Of a DNA stretch of 64,000 bases, positions 29,201 through 44,165 are shown in pieces. Both the position numbers and the translations under genes were made by a program. Source of the DNA: Eledone cirrhosa (Eukaryota). Position 1 is the stretch's first letter; every line of letters starts with the position of its first letter. Where the stretch lies: positions 378,785,419-378,849,418 of the forward strand of contig OZ024743.1 in the NCBI GenBank assembly GCA_964016885.1, read 5' to 3'. The notes under the pieces were generated by a model. That model ran no database searches. It had not been told where the DNA came from and saw nothing but the letters and a program-made list of their open reading frames with translations.

Positions 29201-32200
29201 CGCAGTTTCTCCTACACTAGAGAGAGAGAGTTTTACACCCCACCAGTACCCCAGTTTCTCCTACACTAGAAAGAGAGAGAGAGTTTTACACCCCACCACT
29301 ACCCCAGTTTCTCCTACACTAGAGAGAGAGAGAGAGAGTTTTACACCCCACCACTACCCCAGTTTCTCCTACACTAGAGAGAGAGAGAGAGTTTTACACC
29401 CCACCACTACCCCAGTTTCTCCTACACTAGAGAGAGAGAGAGAGTTTTACACCCCACCACTACCGCAGTTTCTCCTACACTAGAGAGAGAGTTTTACACA
29501 CCTCACTGCCGCAGTTTCTCCTACACTAGAGAGAGAGAGTTTTACACCCCACCACTACCCCAGTTTCTCCTACACTAGAGAGAGAGAGAGAGTTTTACAC
29601 CCCACCACTACCCCAGTTTCTCCTACACTAGAGAGAGAGTTTTACACCCAACCACTACCCCAATTTCTCCTACACTAGAGAGAGAGTTTTACACCCCACC
29701 ATTACCCCAGTTTCTCCTACACTAGAGAGAGAGAGAGTTTTACACCCCACCACTACCCCAGTTTCTCCTACACTAGAGAGAGAGAGAGATTTTTACACCC
29801 CACCACTACCCCAGTTTCTCCTACACTAGAGAGAGAGTTTTACACCCCACCATTACCCCAGTTTCTCCTACACTTGAGAGAGAGAGAGTTTTACACCCAA
29901 CCACTACCCCAGTTTCTCCTACACTAGAGAGAGAGTTTTACACCCCACCATTACCCCAGTTTCTCCTACACTAGAGAGAGAGAGAGTTTTACACCCCACC
30001 ACTACCCCAGTTTCTCCTACACTAGAGAGAGAGAGAGAGTTTTACACCCCACCACTACTCCAGTTTCTCCTACACTAGAGAGAGAGTTTTACACCCCACC
30101 ACTACAGCAGTTTCTCCTACACTAGAGAGGGAGAGTTTTACAACCCACCATTACCCCAGTTTCTCCAACACTAGAGAGAGAGTTTTACACCCCACCACTA
30201 CCCCAGTTTCTCCTACACTAGAGAGAGAGAGAGAGTTTTACACCCCACCACTACCCCAGTTTCTCATACACTAGAGAGAGAGAGAGAGTTTTACACTCCA
30301 CCTCTACCCCAGTTTCTCCTACACTAGAGAGAGAGTTTTACACCCCACCACTACCCCAGTTTCTCATACACTAGAGAGAGAGAGAGAGTTTTACACCCCA
30401 CCACTACCCCAGTTTCTCCTACACTAGAGAGAGAGTTTTACACACCACCACTACCCCAGTTTCTCCTACACTAGAGACAGAGAGAGTTTTACACCCCACC
30501 ACTACCCCAGTTTCTCCTACACTAGAGAGAGAGTTTTACACCCCACCACTACCCCAGTTTCTCCTACACTAGAGAGAGAGTTTTACACCCCACCACTACC
30601 CCGGTTTCTCCTACACTAGAGACAGAGAGAGTTTTACACCCCACCACTACCCCAGTTTCTCATACACTAGAGAGAGAGAGAGAGTTTTACACCCCACCAC
30701 TACCCCAGTTTCTCCTACACTAGAGAGAGAGTTTTACACCCCACCACTACCCCAGTTTCTCCTACACTAGAGAGAGAGAGAGAGTTTTACACCCCACCAC
30801 TACCCCAGTTTCTCATACACTAGAGAGAGAGAGAGAGTTTTACACCCCACCACTACCCCAGTTTCTCATACACTAGAGAGAGAGAGAGAGTTTTACACCC
30901 CACCACTACCCCAGTTTCTCCTACACTATAGAGAGAGAGAGTTTTACACCCCACCACTACCCCAGTTTCTCCTACACTAGAGAGAGAGTTTTACACCCCA
31001 CCACTACCCAAGTTTCTCCTACACTAGAGAGAGGCAGCGTTTTACACCCCACCACTACCCTAGTTTCTCCTACACTAGAGAGAGAGAGTTTTACACCCAA
31101 CCACTACCCCAGTTTCTCCTACACCAGAGAGAGAGTTTTACACCCCACCACTACTCCAGTTTCTCCTACACTAGAGAGAGGCAAAGTTTTACACCCCACC
31201 ACTACCCCAGTTTCTCCTAAAATATAGAGAGAGAGAGAGTTTTACACCCCACCACTCATCCAGTTTCTCCTACACTAGAGAGAGAGTTTTACACCCAACC
31301 ACTACCCCAGTTTCTCCTACACTAGAGAGAGAGTGAGTTTTACACCCCACCACTACCCCAGTTTCTCCTACACTAGAGGGAGAGAGAGTTTTACACCCCA
31401 CCACTACCCCAGCTTCTCCTACACTAGAGAGAGAGTGAGTTTTACACCCCACCACTACCCCAGTTTCTCCTACATTACAGAGAGAGAGAGAGTTTTACAC
31501 CCCACCACTACCCCAGTTTCTCCTACACTAGAGAGAGAGTTTTGCACCCCACCACTACCCCATTTTCTCCTAAACTAGAGAGAGAGAGAGGTTTACACCC
31601 AACCACTACCCCAGTTTCTCCTACACTAGAGAGAGAGAGAGTTTTACACCCCACCACTACCCCAGTTTCTCCTACACTAGAGAGAGAGTTTTACACCCCA
31701 CCACTACCCCAGTCTCTCCTACACTAGAGACAGAGAGAGAGAGTTTTACACCCCACCACTACCCCAGTTTCTCCTACACTAGAGATAGAGTTTTACACCC
31801 CACCACTACCCCATTTTCTCCTACGCTAGAGAGAGAGATAGTTTTACACCCCACCACTACCCCAGTTTCTCCTACACTAGAGAGAGAGTTTTACACCCCA
31901 CCACTACCCCAGTCTCTCCTACACTAGAGACAGAGAGAGAGAGTTTTACACCCCACCACTACCCCAGTTTCTCCTACATTAGAGATAGAGTTTTACACCC
32001 CACCACTACCCCAGTTTCTCCTACACTAGAGAGGGAGTTTTACACCGCACCACTACCCCAGTTTCTCCTACACTAGAGAGAGAGAGAGTTTTACACACAA
32101 CCACTACCCCAGGTTCTCCTACACTAGAGAGAGAGAGAGAGAGAGTTTTACACCCCACCACTACCGCAGTTTCTCCTACACTAGAGAGAGAGTTTTAGAC

Positions 32201-35200
32201 ACCACCACTGCCGCAGTTTCTCCTACACTAGAGAGAGAGAGTTTTACTCCCCACCACTACCCCAGTTTCTCCTACACTAGAGAGAGAGAGAGAGTTTTAC
32301 ACCCCACCACTACCCCAGTTTCTCCTACACTAGAGAGAGAGAGAGAGTTTTACACCCCACCACTACCCCAGTTTCTCCTACACTAGAGAGAGAGAGAGAG
32401 TTTTACACCCCACCACTACCCCAGTTTCTCCTACACTAGAGAGAGAGAGAGAGCTTTACACCCCACCACTACCCCAGTTTCTCCTACGCTAGAGAGAGAG
32501 TTTTACACCCCACCACTACCCCAGTTTCTCCTAGACTAGAGAGAGAGAGAGAGTTTTACACCCCACCACTACCGCAGTTTCTCCTACACTAGAGAGAGAG
32601 TTTTACACACCACCACTGCCGCAGTTTCTCCTACACTAGAGAGAGAGAGTTTTACACCCCACCACTACCCCAGTTTCTCCTACACTAGAGAGAGAGAGAG
32701 AGTTTTACACCCCACCACTACCCCAGTTTCTCCTACACTAGAGAGAGAGAGAGAGTTTTACACCCCACCACTACCCCAGTTTCTCCTACACTAGAGAGAG
32801 AGAGAGAGTTTTACACCCCACCACTACCCCAGTTTCTCCTACACTAGAGAGAGAGAGAGAGTTTTACACCCCACCACTACCCCAGTTTCTCCTACACTAG
32901 AGAGAGAGAGAGAGTTTTACACCCCACCACTACCGCAGTTTCTCCTACACTAGAGAGAGAGTTTTACACACCACCACTGCCGCAGTTTCTCCTACACTAG
33001 AGAGAGAGAGTTTTACACCCCACCACTACCCTAGTTTCTCCTACACTAGAGAGAGAGAGAGAGATTTACACCCCACCACTACCCCAGTTTCTCCTACACT
33101 AGAGAGAGAGTTTTACACCCAACCACTACCCCAGCTTCTCCTACACTAGAGAGAGAGTTTTACACCCCACCATTACCCCAGTTTCTCCTACACTAGAGAG
33201 AGAGAGAGTTTTACACCCCACCACTACCCCAGTTTCTCCTACACTAGAGAGAGAGAGAGAGTTTTACACCCCACCACTACCCCAGTTTCTCCTACACTAG
33301 AGAGAGAGTTTTACACCCCACCATTACCCCAGTTTCTCCTACACTAGAGAGAGAGAGAGTTTTACACCCAACCACTACCCCAGTTTCGCCTACACTAGAG
33401 AGAGAGTTTTACACCCCACCATTACCCCAGTTTCTCCTACACTAGAGAGAGAGAGAGTTTTACACCCCACCACTACCCCAGTTCTCCTACACTAGAGAGA
33501 GAGAGAGAGTTTTACACCCCACCACTACCCCAGTTTCTCCTACACTAGAGAGAGAGAGAGAGTTTTACACCCCACCACTACCCCAGTTGCTCCTACACTA
33601 GAGAGAGAGAGAGAGTTTTACACCCAACCACTACCCCAGTTTCTCCTACACTAGAGAGAGAGAGAGAGTTTTACACCCAACCACTACCCCAGTTTCTCCT
33701 ACACTAGAGAGAGAGAGAGAGTTTTACACCCCACCACTACCCCAGTTTCTCCTACACTAGGGAGAGAGAGAGAGTTTTACACCCCTCCACTACCCCAGTT
33801 TCTCCTACACTAGAGAGAGAGAGAGAGTTTTACACCCCACCACTACCCCAGTTTCTCCTACACTAGAGAGAGAGAGAGAATTTTACACCCCCACCCCTAC
33901 CCCAGTTTCTCATACACTAGAGAGAGAGAGAGAGTTTTACACCCCACCACTACCCCAGTTTCTCCTACACTAGAGAGAGAGAGAGAGTTTTACACCCAAC
34001 CACTACCCCAGTTTCTCCTACACTAGAGACAGAGAGAGTTTTACACCCCACCACTACCCCAGTTTCTCATACACTAGAGAGAGAGAGAGAGTTTTACACC
34101 CCACCACCACCCCAGTTTCTCCTACACTAGAGAGAGAGTTTTACACCCCACCACTACCCCAGTTTCTCATACACTAGAGAGAGAGAGTTTTACACCCCAC
34201 CACTACCCCAGTTTCTCCTACACTAGAGAGAGAGTTTTACACACCACCACTACCCCAGTTTCTCCTACACTAGAGACAGAGAGAGTTTTACACCCCACCA
34301 CTACCCCAGTTTCCCCTACACTAGTGAGAGAGTTTTACACCCCACCACTACCCCAGTTTCTCCTACACTAGAGAGAGAGTTTTACACCCCACCACTACCC
34401 CGGTTTCTCCTACACTAGAGACAGAGAGAGTTTTACACCCCACCACTACCCCAGTTTCTCATACACTAGAGAGAGAGAGAGAGTTTTACACCCCACCACT
34501 ACCCCAGTTTCTCCTACACTAGAGAGAGAGTTTTACACCCCACCACTACCCCAGTTTCTCCTACACTAGAGAGAGAGAGAGAGTTTTACACCCCACCACT
34601 ACCCCAGTTTCTCCTACACTAGAGAGAGAGAGAGAGTTTTACAGCCCACCACTACCCCAGTTTCTCCTACACTAGAGAGAAAGAGAGAGTTTTACACCCC
34701 ACCACTAACCCAGTTTCTCCTACACTAGAGAGAGAGAGAGAGTTTTACACCCCACCACTACCGCAGTTTCTCCTACACTAGAGAGAGAGTTTTACACACC
34801 ACCACTACCCCAGTTTCTCATACACTAGAGACAGAGAGAGTTTTACACCCCACCACTACCCCAGTTTCTCATACACTAGAGAGAGAGAGAGAGTTTTACA
34901 CCCCACCACTACCCCAGTTTCTCATACACTAGAGAGAGAGAGAGAGTTTTACACCCCACCACAACCCCAGTTTCTCCTACACTAGAGAGAGAGAGAGTTT
35001 TACACCCCACCACTACCCCAGTTTCTCCTACACTAGAGAGAGAGTTTTACACCCCACCACTACCCTAGTTTCTCCTACACTAGAGAGAGAGAGTTTTACA
35101 CCCAACCACTACCCCAGTTTCTCCTACACCAGAGAGAGAGTTTTACACCCCACCACTACTCCAGTTTCTCCTACACTAGAGAGAGGCAACGTTTTACACC

Positions 35201-38200
35201 CCACCACTACCCCAGTTTCTCCTAAAATAGAGAGAGAGAGAGAGTTTTACACCCCACCACTACCCCAGTTTCTCCAACACTAGAGAGAGAGAGAGTTTTG
35301 CACCCCACCACTACCCCAGTTTCTCCAACACTAGAGAGAGAGAGTGTTTTACACCCCACCACTACCCCAGTTTCTCCAACACTAGAGAGAGAGAGAGTTT
35401 TGCACCCCACCACTACCCCAGTTTCTCCAACACTAGAGAGAGAGAGAGTTTTGCACCCCACCACTACCCCAGTTTCTCCAACACTAGAGAGAGAGAGAGT
35501 TTTTAACCCCACCACTACCCCAGTTTCTCATACACTAGAGACAGAGAGAGTTTTACACCCCACCACTACCCCAGTTTCTCATACACTATAGAGAGAGAGA
35601 GAGTTTTACACCCCACCACTACCCCAGTTTCTCATACACTAGAGACAGAGAGAGTTTTACACCCCACCACTACCCCAGTTTCTCATACACTAGAGAGAGA
35701 GAGAGTTTTACACCCCACCACTACCCCAGTTTCTCATGCACTAGAGAGAGAGAGAGAGTCTTACACCCCACCACTACGCCAGTTTCTCCTACACTAGAGA
35801 GAGAGAGAGTTTTACACCCCACCACTACCCCAGTTTCTCCTACACTAGAGAGAGAGTTTTACACCCCACCACTACCCAAGTTTCTCCTACACTAGAGAGA
35901 GGCAGCGTTTTATACCCCACCACTACCCTAGTTTCTCCTACACTAGAGAGAGAGAGTTTTACACCCAACCACTACCCCAGTTTCTCCTACACCAGAGAGA
36001 GAGTTTTACACCCCACAACTACTCCAGTTTCTCCTACACTAGAGAGAGGCAACGTTTTACACCCCACCACTACCCCAGTTTCTCCTAAAATAGAGAGAGA
36101 GAGAGAGTTTTACACCCCACCACTACTCCAGTTTCTCCTACACTAGAGAGAGAGTTTTACACCCAACCACTACCCCAGTTTCTCCTACACTAGAGAGAGA
36201 GTGAGTTTTACACCCCACCACTACCCCAGTTTCTCCTACACTAGAGAGAGAGAGAGTTTTACACCCCACCACTACCCCAGCTTCTCCTACACTAGAGAGA
36301 GAGTGAGTTTTACACCCCACCACTACCCCAGTTTCTCCTACATTACAGAGAGAGAGAGAGTTTTACACCCCACCACTACCCCAGTTTCTCCTACACTAGA
36401 GAAAGAGTTTTGCACCCCACCACTACCCCATTTTCTCCTAATCTAGAGAGAGAGAGAGGTTTACACCCAACCACTACCCCAGTTTCTCCTACACTAGAGA
36501 GAGAGAGAGTATTACACACCACCACTACCCCAGTTTCTCCTACACTAGAGAGAGAGTTTTACACCCCACCACTACCCCAGTCTCTCCTACACTAGAGACA
36601 GAGAGAGAGAGTTTTACACCCCACCACTACCCCAATTTCTCCTACACTAGAGATAGAGTTTTACACCCCCACCACTACCCCATTTTCTCCTACGCTAGAG
36701 AGAGAGAGAGTTTTACACCCCACCACTACCCCAGTTTCTCCTACACTAGAGAGAGAGTTTTACACCCCACCACTACCCCAGTCTCTCCTACACTAGAGAC
36801 AGAGAGAGAGAGTTTTACACCCCACCACTACCCCAGTTTCTCCTACATTAGAGATAGAGTTTTACACCCCACCACTACCCCAGTTCTCCTACACTAGAGA
36901 GAGAGTTTTACACCGCACCACTACCCCAGTTTCTCCTACAATAGAGAGAGAGAGAGTTTTACACACAACCACTACCCCAGGTTCTCCTACACTAGAAAGA
37001 AAGAGTTTTACACCCCACCACTACCCCAGTTTCTCCTACGCTAGAGAGAGAGAGAGTTTTACAATCCACCACTGCCCCAGTTTCTCCTACACTAGAGAGA
37101 CATAGAGAGTTTTACACCCCACCACTGCCGCTGTTTCTCCTACAATAGAGAGAGAGAGTTTTACACCCCACCACTACCCCAGTTTCTCCTACACTAGAGA
37201 CAGAGAGAGTTTTACACCCCACCACTACCCCAGTTTCTCCTACGCTAGTGAGAGAGTTTTACACCCCACCACTACCCCAGTTTCTCCTACACTAGAGAGA
37301 GAGAGAGAGTTTTACACCCCACCACTACCCAGTTTCTCCTACGCTAGAGAGAGAGTTTTACACCCCACCACTACCCCAGTTTCTCCTACACTAGAGAGAG
37401 AGAGAGAGTTTTACACCCCACCACTACCGCAGTTTCTCCTACACTAGAGAGAGAGTTTTACACACCACCACTGTCGCAGTTTCTCCTACATTAGAGAGAG
37501 AGAGTTTTACACCCCACCACTACCCCAGTTTCTCCTACACTAGAGAGTGAGAGAGAGTTTTACACCCCACCACTACCCCAGTTTCTCCTACACTAGAGAG
37601 AGAGAGAGAGTTTTACACCCCACCACAACCCCAGTTTCTCCTACACTAGAGAGAGAGAGAGAGTTTTACACCCCACCACTACCCCAGTTTCTCCTACGCT
37701 AGAGAGAGAGTTTTACACCCCACCACTACCCCAGTTTCTCCTACACTAGAGAGAGAGAGAGAGTTTTACACCCCACCACTACCCCAGTTTCTCATACACT
37801 AGAGAGAGAGAGAGAGTTTTACACCCCACCACTACCCCAGTTTCTCCTACACTAGAGAGAGAGAGAGTTTTACACCCCACCACTACCCCAGTTTCTCCTA
37901 CACTAGAGAGAGAGTTTTACACCCCACCACTACACAAGTTTCTCCTACACTAGAGAGAGGCAGCGTTTTACACCCCACCACTACCCTAGTTTCTCCTACA
38001 CTAGAGAGAGAGAGTTTTACACCCAACCACTACCCCAGTTTCTCCTACACTAGAGAGAGAGTTTTACACACCACCACTGCCGCAGTTTCTCCTACACTAG
38101 AGAGAGAGTTTTACACACCACCACTGCCGCAGTTTCTCCTACACTAGAGAGAGAGAGTTTTACACCCCACCAGTACTCCAGTTTCTCCTACACTAGAAAG

Positions 38201-41200
38201 AGAGAGAGAGTTTTACACCCCACCACTACCCCAGTTTCTCCTACACTAGAGAGAGAGAGAGAGAGTTTTACACCCCACCACTACCCCAGTTTCTCCTACA
38301 CTAGAGAGAGAGAGAGAGTTTTACACCCCACCACTACCCCAGTTTCTCCTACACTAGAGAGAGAGAGAGAGTTTTACACCCCACCACTACCGCAGTTTCT
38401 CCTACACTAGAGAGAGAGTTTTACACACCTCACTGCCGCAGTTTCTCCTACACTAGAGAGAGAGAGTTTTACACCCCACCACTACCCCAGTTTCTCCTAC
38501 ACTAGAGAGAGAGAGAGAGTTTTACACCCCACCACTACCCCAGTTTCTCCTACACTAGAGAGAGAGTTTTACACCCCACCATTACCCCAGTTTCTCCTAC
38601 ACTAGAGAGAGAGAGAGTTTTACACCCCACCACTACCCCAGTTTCTCCTACACTAGAGAGAGAGAGAGATTTTTACACCCCACCACTACCCCAGTTTCTC
38701 CTACACTAGAGAGAGAGTTTTACACCCCACCATTACCCCAGTTTCTCCTACACTTGAGAGAGAGAGAGTTTTACACCCAACCACTACCCCAGTTTCTCCT
38801 ACACTAGAGAGAGAGTTTTACACCCCACCATTACCCCAGTTTCTCCTACACTAGAGAGAGAGAGAGTTTTACACCCCACCACTACCCCAGTTTCTCCTAC
38901 ACTAGAGAGAGAGAGAGAGTTTTACACCCCACCACTACTCCAGTTTCTCCTACACTAGAGAGAGAGTTTTACACCCCACCACTACAGCAGTTTCTCCTAC
39001 ACTAGAGAGGGAGAGTTTTACACCCCACCATTACCCCAGTTTCTCCAACACTAGAGAGAGAGTTTTACACCCCACCACTACCCCAGTTTCTCCTACACTA
39101 GAGAGAGAGAGAGAGTTTTACACCCCACCACTACCCCAGTTTCTCCTACACTAGAGAGAGAGAGAGAGTTTTACACGCAACCACTACCCCAGTTTCTCCT
39201 ACACTAGAGAGAGAGAGAGAGAGTTTTACACCCAACCACTACCCCAGTTTCTCCTACACTAGAGAGAGAGAGAGAGTTTTACACCCCACCACTACCCCAG
39301 TTTCTCCTACACTAGAGAGAGAGAGAGAGTTTTATACCCCTCCACTACCGCAGTTTCTCCTACACTAGAGAGAGAGAGAGAGTTTTACACCCCACCACTA
39401 CCCCAGTTTCTCCTACACTAGAGAGAGAGAGAGAATTTTACACCCCCACCCCTACCCCAGTTTCTCATACACTAGAGAGAGAGAGAGAGTTTTACACCCC
39501 ACCACTACCCCCAGTTTCTCCTACACTAGAGAGAGAGAGAGAGTTTTACACCCAACCACTACCCCAGTTTCTCCTACACTAGAGACAGAGAGAGTTTTAC
39601 ACCCCACCACTACCCCAGTTTCTCATACACTAGAGAGAGAGAGAGAGTTTTACACTCCACCTCTACCCCAGTTTCTCCTACACTAGAGAGAGAGTTTTAC
39701 ACCCCACCACTACCCCAGTTTCTCATACACTAGAGAGAGAGAGAGAGTTTTACACCCCACCACTACCCCAGTTTCTCCTACACTAGAGAGAGAGTTTTAC
39801 ACACCACCACTACCCCAGTTTCTCCTACACTAGAGACAGAGAGAGTTTTACACCCCACCACTACCCCAGTTTCTCCTACACTAGAGAGAGAGTTTTACAC
39901 CCCACCACTACCCCAGTTTCTCCTACACTAGAGAGAGAGTTTTACACCCCACCACTACCCCGGTTTCTCCTACACTAGAGACAGAGAGAGTTTTACACCC
40001 CACCACTACCCCAGTTTCTCATACACTAGAGAGAGAGAGAGAGTTTTACACCCCACCACTACCCCAGTTTCTCCTACACTAGAGAGAGAGTTTTACACCC
40101 CACCACTACCCCAGTTTCTCCTACACTAGAGAGAGAGAGAGAGTTTTACACCCCACCACTACCCCAGTTTCTCATACACTAGAGAGAGAGAGAGAGTTTT
40201 ACACCCCACCACTACCCCAGTTTCTCATACACTAGAGAGAGAGAGAGAGTTTTACACCCCACCACTACCCCAGTTTCTCCTACACTATAGAGAGAGAGAG
40301 TTTTACACCCCACCACTACCCCAGTTTCTCCTACACTAGAGAGAGAGTTTTACACCCCACCACTACCCAAGTTTCTCCTACACTAGAGAGAGGCAGCGTT
40401 TTACACCCCACCACTACCCTAGTTTCTCCTACACTAGAGAGAGAGAGTTTTACACCCAACCACTACCCCAGTTTCTCCTACACCAGAGAGAGAGTTTTAC
40501 ACCCCACCACTACTCCAGTTTCTCCTACACTAGAGAGAGGCAAAGTTTTACACCCCACCACTACCCCAGTTTCTCCTAAAATATAGAGAGAGAGAGAGTT
40601 TTACACCCCACCACTCATCCAGTTTCTCCTACACTAGAGAGAGAGTTTTACACCCAACCACTACCCCAGTTTCTCCTACACTAGAGAGAGAGTGAGTTTT
40701 ACACCCCACCACTACCCCAGTTTCTCCTACACTAGAGGGAGAGAGAGTTTTACACCCCACCACTACCCCAGCTTCTCCTACACTAGAGAGAGAGTGAGTT
40801 TTACACCCCACCACTACCCCAGTTTCTCCTACATTACAGAGAGAGAGAGAGTTTTACACCCCACCACTACCCCAGTTTCTCCTACACTAGAGAGAGAGTT
40901 TTGCACCCCACCACTACCCCATTTTCTCCTAAACTAGAGAGAGAGAGAGGTTTACACCCAACCACTACCCCAGTTTCTCCTACACTAGAGAGAGAGAGAG
41001 TTTTACACCCCACCACTACCCCAGTTTCTCCTACACTAGAGAGAGAGTTTTACACCCCACCACTACCCCAGTCTCTCCTACACTAGAGACAGAGAGAGAG
41101 AGTTTTACACCCCACCACTACCCCAGTTTCTCCTACACTAGAGATAGAGTTTTACACCCCACCACTACCCCATTTTCTCCTACGCTAGAGAGAGAGATAG

Positions 41201-44165
41201 TTTTACACCCCACCACTACCCCAGTTTCTCCTACACTAGAGAGAGAGTTTTACACCCCACCACTACCCCAGTCTCTCCTACACTAGAGACAGAGAGAGAG
41301 AGTTTTACACCCCACCACTACCCCAGTTTCTCCTACATTAGAGATAGAGTTTTACACCCCACCACTACCCCAGTTTCTCCTACACTAGAGAGGGAGTTTT
41401 ACACCGCACCACTACCCCAGTTTCTCCTACACTAGAGAGAGAGAGAGTTTTACACACAACCACTACCCCAGGTTCTCCTACACTAGAGAGAGAGAGAGAG
41501 AGAGTTTTACACCCCACCACTACCGCAGTTTCTCCTACACTAGAGAGAGAGTTTTACACACCACCACTGCCGCAGTTTCTCCTACACTAGAGAGAGAGAG
41601 TTTTACTCCCCACCACTACCCCAGTTTCTCCTACACTAGAGAGAGAGAGAGAGTTTTACACCCCACCACTACCCCAGTTTCTCCTACACTAGAGAGAGAG
41701 AGAGAGTTTTACACCCCACCACTACCCCAGTTTCTCCTACACTAGAGAGAGAGAGAGAGTTTTACACCCCACCACTACCCCAGTTTCTCCTACACTAGAG
41801 AGAGAGAGAGAGCTTTACACCCCACCACTACCCCAGTTTCTCCTACGCTAGAGAGAGAGTTTTACACCCCACCACTACCCCAGTTTCTCCTAGACTAGAG
41901 AGAGAGAGAGAGTTTTACACCCCACCACTACCGCAGTTTCTCCTACACTAGAGAGAGAGTTTTACACACCACCACTGCCGCAGTTTCTCCTACACTAGAG
42001 AGAGAGAGTTTTACACCCCACCACTACCCCAGTTTCTCCTACACTAGAGAGAGAGAGAGAGTTTTACACCCCACCACTACCCCAGTTTCTCCTACACTAG
42101 AGAGAGAGAGAGAGTTTTACACCCCACCACTACCCCAGTTTCTCCTACACTAGAGAGAGAGAGAGAGTTTTACACCCCACCACTACCCCAGTTTCTCCTA
42201 CACTAGAGACAGAGAGAGAGTTTTACACCCCACCACTACCCCAGTTTCTCCTACACTAGAGAGAGAGAGAGAGTTTTACACCCCACCACTACCGCAGTTT
42301 CTCCTACACTAGAGAGAGAGTTTTACACACCACCACTGCCGCAGTTTCTCCTACACTAGAGAGAGAGAGTTTTACACCCCACCACTACCCTAGTTTCTCC
42401 TACACTAGAGAGAGAGAGAGAGATTTACACCCCACCACTACCCCAGTTTCTCCTACACTAGAGAGAGAGTTTTACACCCAACCACTACCCCAGCTTCTCC
42501 TACACTAGAGAGAGAGTTTTACACCCCACCATTACCCCAGTTTCTCCTACACTAGAGAGAGAGAGAGTTTTACACCCCACCACTACCCCAGTTTCTCCTA
42601 CACTAGAGAGAGAGAGAGAGTTTTACACCCCACCACTACCCCAGTTTCTCCTACACTAGAGAGAGAGTTTTACACCCCACCATTACCCCAGTTTCTCCTA
42701 CACTAGAGAGAGAGAGAGTTTTACACCCAACCACTACCCCAGTTTCGCCTACACTAGAGAGAGAGTTTTACACCCCACCATTACCCCAGTTTCTCCTACA
42801 CTAGAGAGAGAGAGAGTTTTACACCCCACCACTACCCCAGTTCTCCTACACTAGAGAGAGAGAGAGAGTTTTACACCCCACCACTACCCCAGTTTCTCCT
42901 ACACTAGAGAGAGAGAGAGAGTTTTACACCCCACCACTACCCCAGTTGCTCCTACACTAGAGAGAGAGAGAGAGTTTTACACCCAACCACTACCCCAGTT
43001 TCTCCTACACTAGAGAGAGAGAGAGAGTTTTACACCCAACCACTACCCCAGTTTCTCCTACACTAGAGAGAGAGAGAGAGTTTTACACCCCACCACTACC
43101 CCAGTTTCTCCTACACTAGGGAGAGAGAGAGAGTTTTACACCCCTCCACTACCCCAGTTTCTCCTACACTAGAGAGAGAGAGAGAGTTTTACACCCCACC
43201 ACTACCCCAGTTTCTCCTACACTAGAGAGAGAGAGAGAATTTTACACCCCCACCCCTACCCCAGTTTCTCATACACTAGAGAGAGAGAGAGAGTTTTACA
43301 CCCCACCACTACCCCAGTTTCTCCTACACTAGAGAGAGAGAGAGAGTTTTACACCCAACCACTACCCCAGTTTCTCCTACACTAGAGACAGAGAGAGTTT
43401 TACACCCCACCACTACCCCAGTTTCTCATACACTAGAGAGAGAGAGAGAGTTTTACACCCCACCACCACCCCAGTTTCTCCTACACGAGAGAGAGAGTTT
43501 TACACCCCACCACTACCCCAGTTTCTCATACACTAGAGAGAGAGAGTTTTACACCCCACCACTACCCCAGTTTCTCCTACACTAGAGAGAGAGTTTTACA
43601 CACCACCACTACCCCAGTTTCTCCTACACTAGAGACAGAGAGAGTTTTACACCCCACCACTACCCCAGTTTCCCCTACACTAGTGAGAGAGTTTTACACC
43701 CCACCACTACCCCAGTTTCTCCTACACTAGAGAGAGAGTTTTACACCCCACCACTACCCCGGTTTCTCCTACACTAGAGACAGAGAGAGTTTTACACCCC
43801 ACCACTACCCCAGTTTCTCATACACTAGAGAGAGAGAGAGAGTTTTACACCCCACCACTACCCCAGTTTCTCCTACACTAGAGAGAGAGTTTTACACCCC
43901 ACCACTACCCCAGTTTCTCCTACACTAGAGAGAGAGAGAGAGTTTTACACCCCACCACTACCCCAGTTTCTCCTACACTAGAGAGAGAGAGAGAGTTTTA
44001 CAGCCCACCACTACCCCAGTTTCTCCTACACTAGAGAGAAAGAGAGAGTTTTACACCCCACCACTAACCCAGTTTCTCCTACACTAGAGAGAGAGAGAGA
44101 GTTTTACACCCCACCACTACCGCAGTTTCTCCTACACTAGAGAGAGAGTTTTACACACCACCACT
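25919..44165. repeat. Large near-identical tandem duplication within the array (copy 1 ~25919-34800, copy 2 ~34801-44165)
   Basis: ORF pairs are offset by 8,882/8,880 bp (26340/35222, 27258/36138) and then 9,359 bp (31270/40629, 31542/40901). Rare variants are shared at the same offsets, e.g. ACTAGAAAGAAAGAG at 28111/36991 and CACTCATCC at ~31253/40612. Confidence 0.92.

Noticed and set aside
19-41086. Plus-strand ORFs encoding mucin-like (HPTTTPVSPTLERERVL)n and minus-strand ORFs encoding (VVVGCKTLSLSSVGETG)n
   Set aside because: They arise where 51-bp (17-codon) monomers or compensating lengths run consecutively. Other lengths shift the frame into the TAG stop of the palindromic CTAG. Starts are mostly TTG/GTG, both strands are open over the same bases, and frame is not conserved, so they are repeat artefacts.
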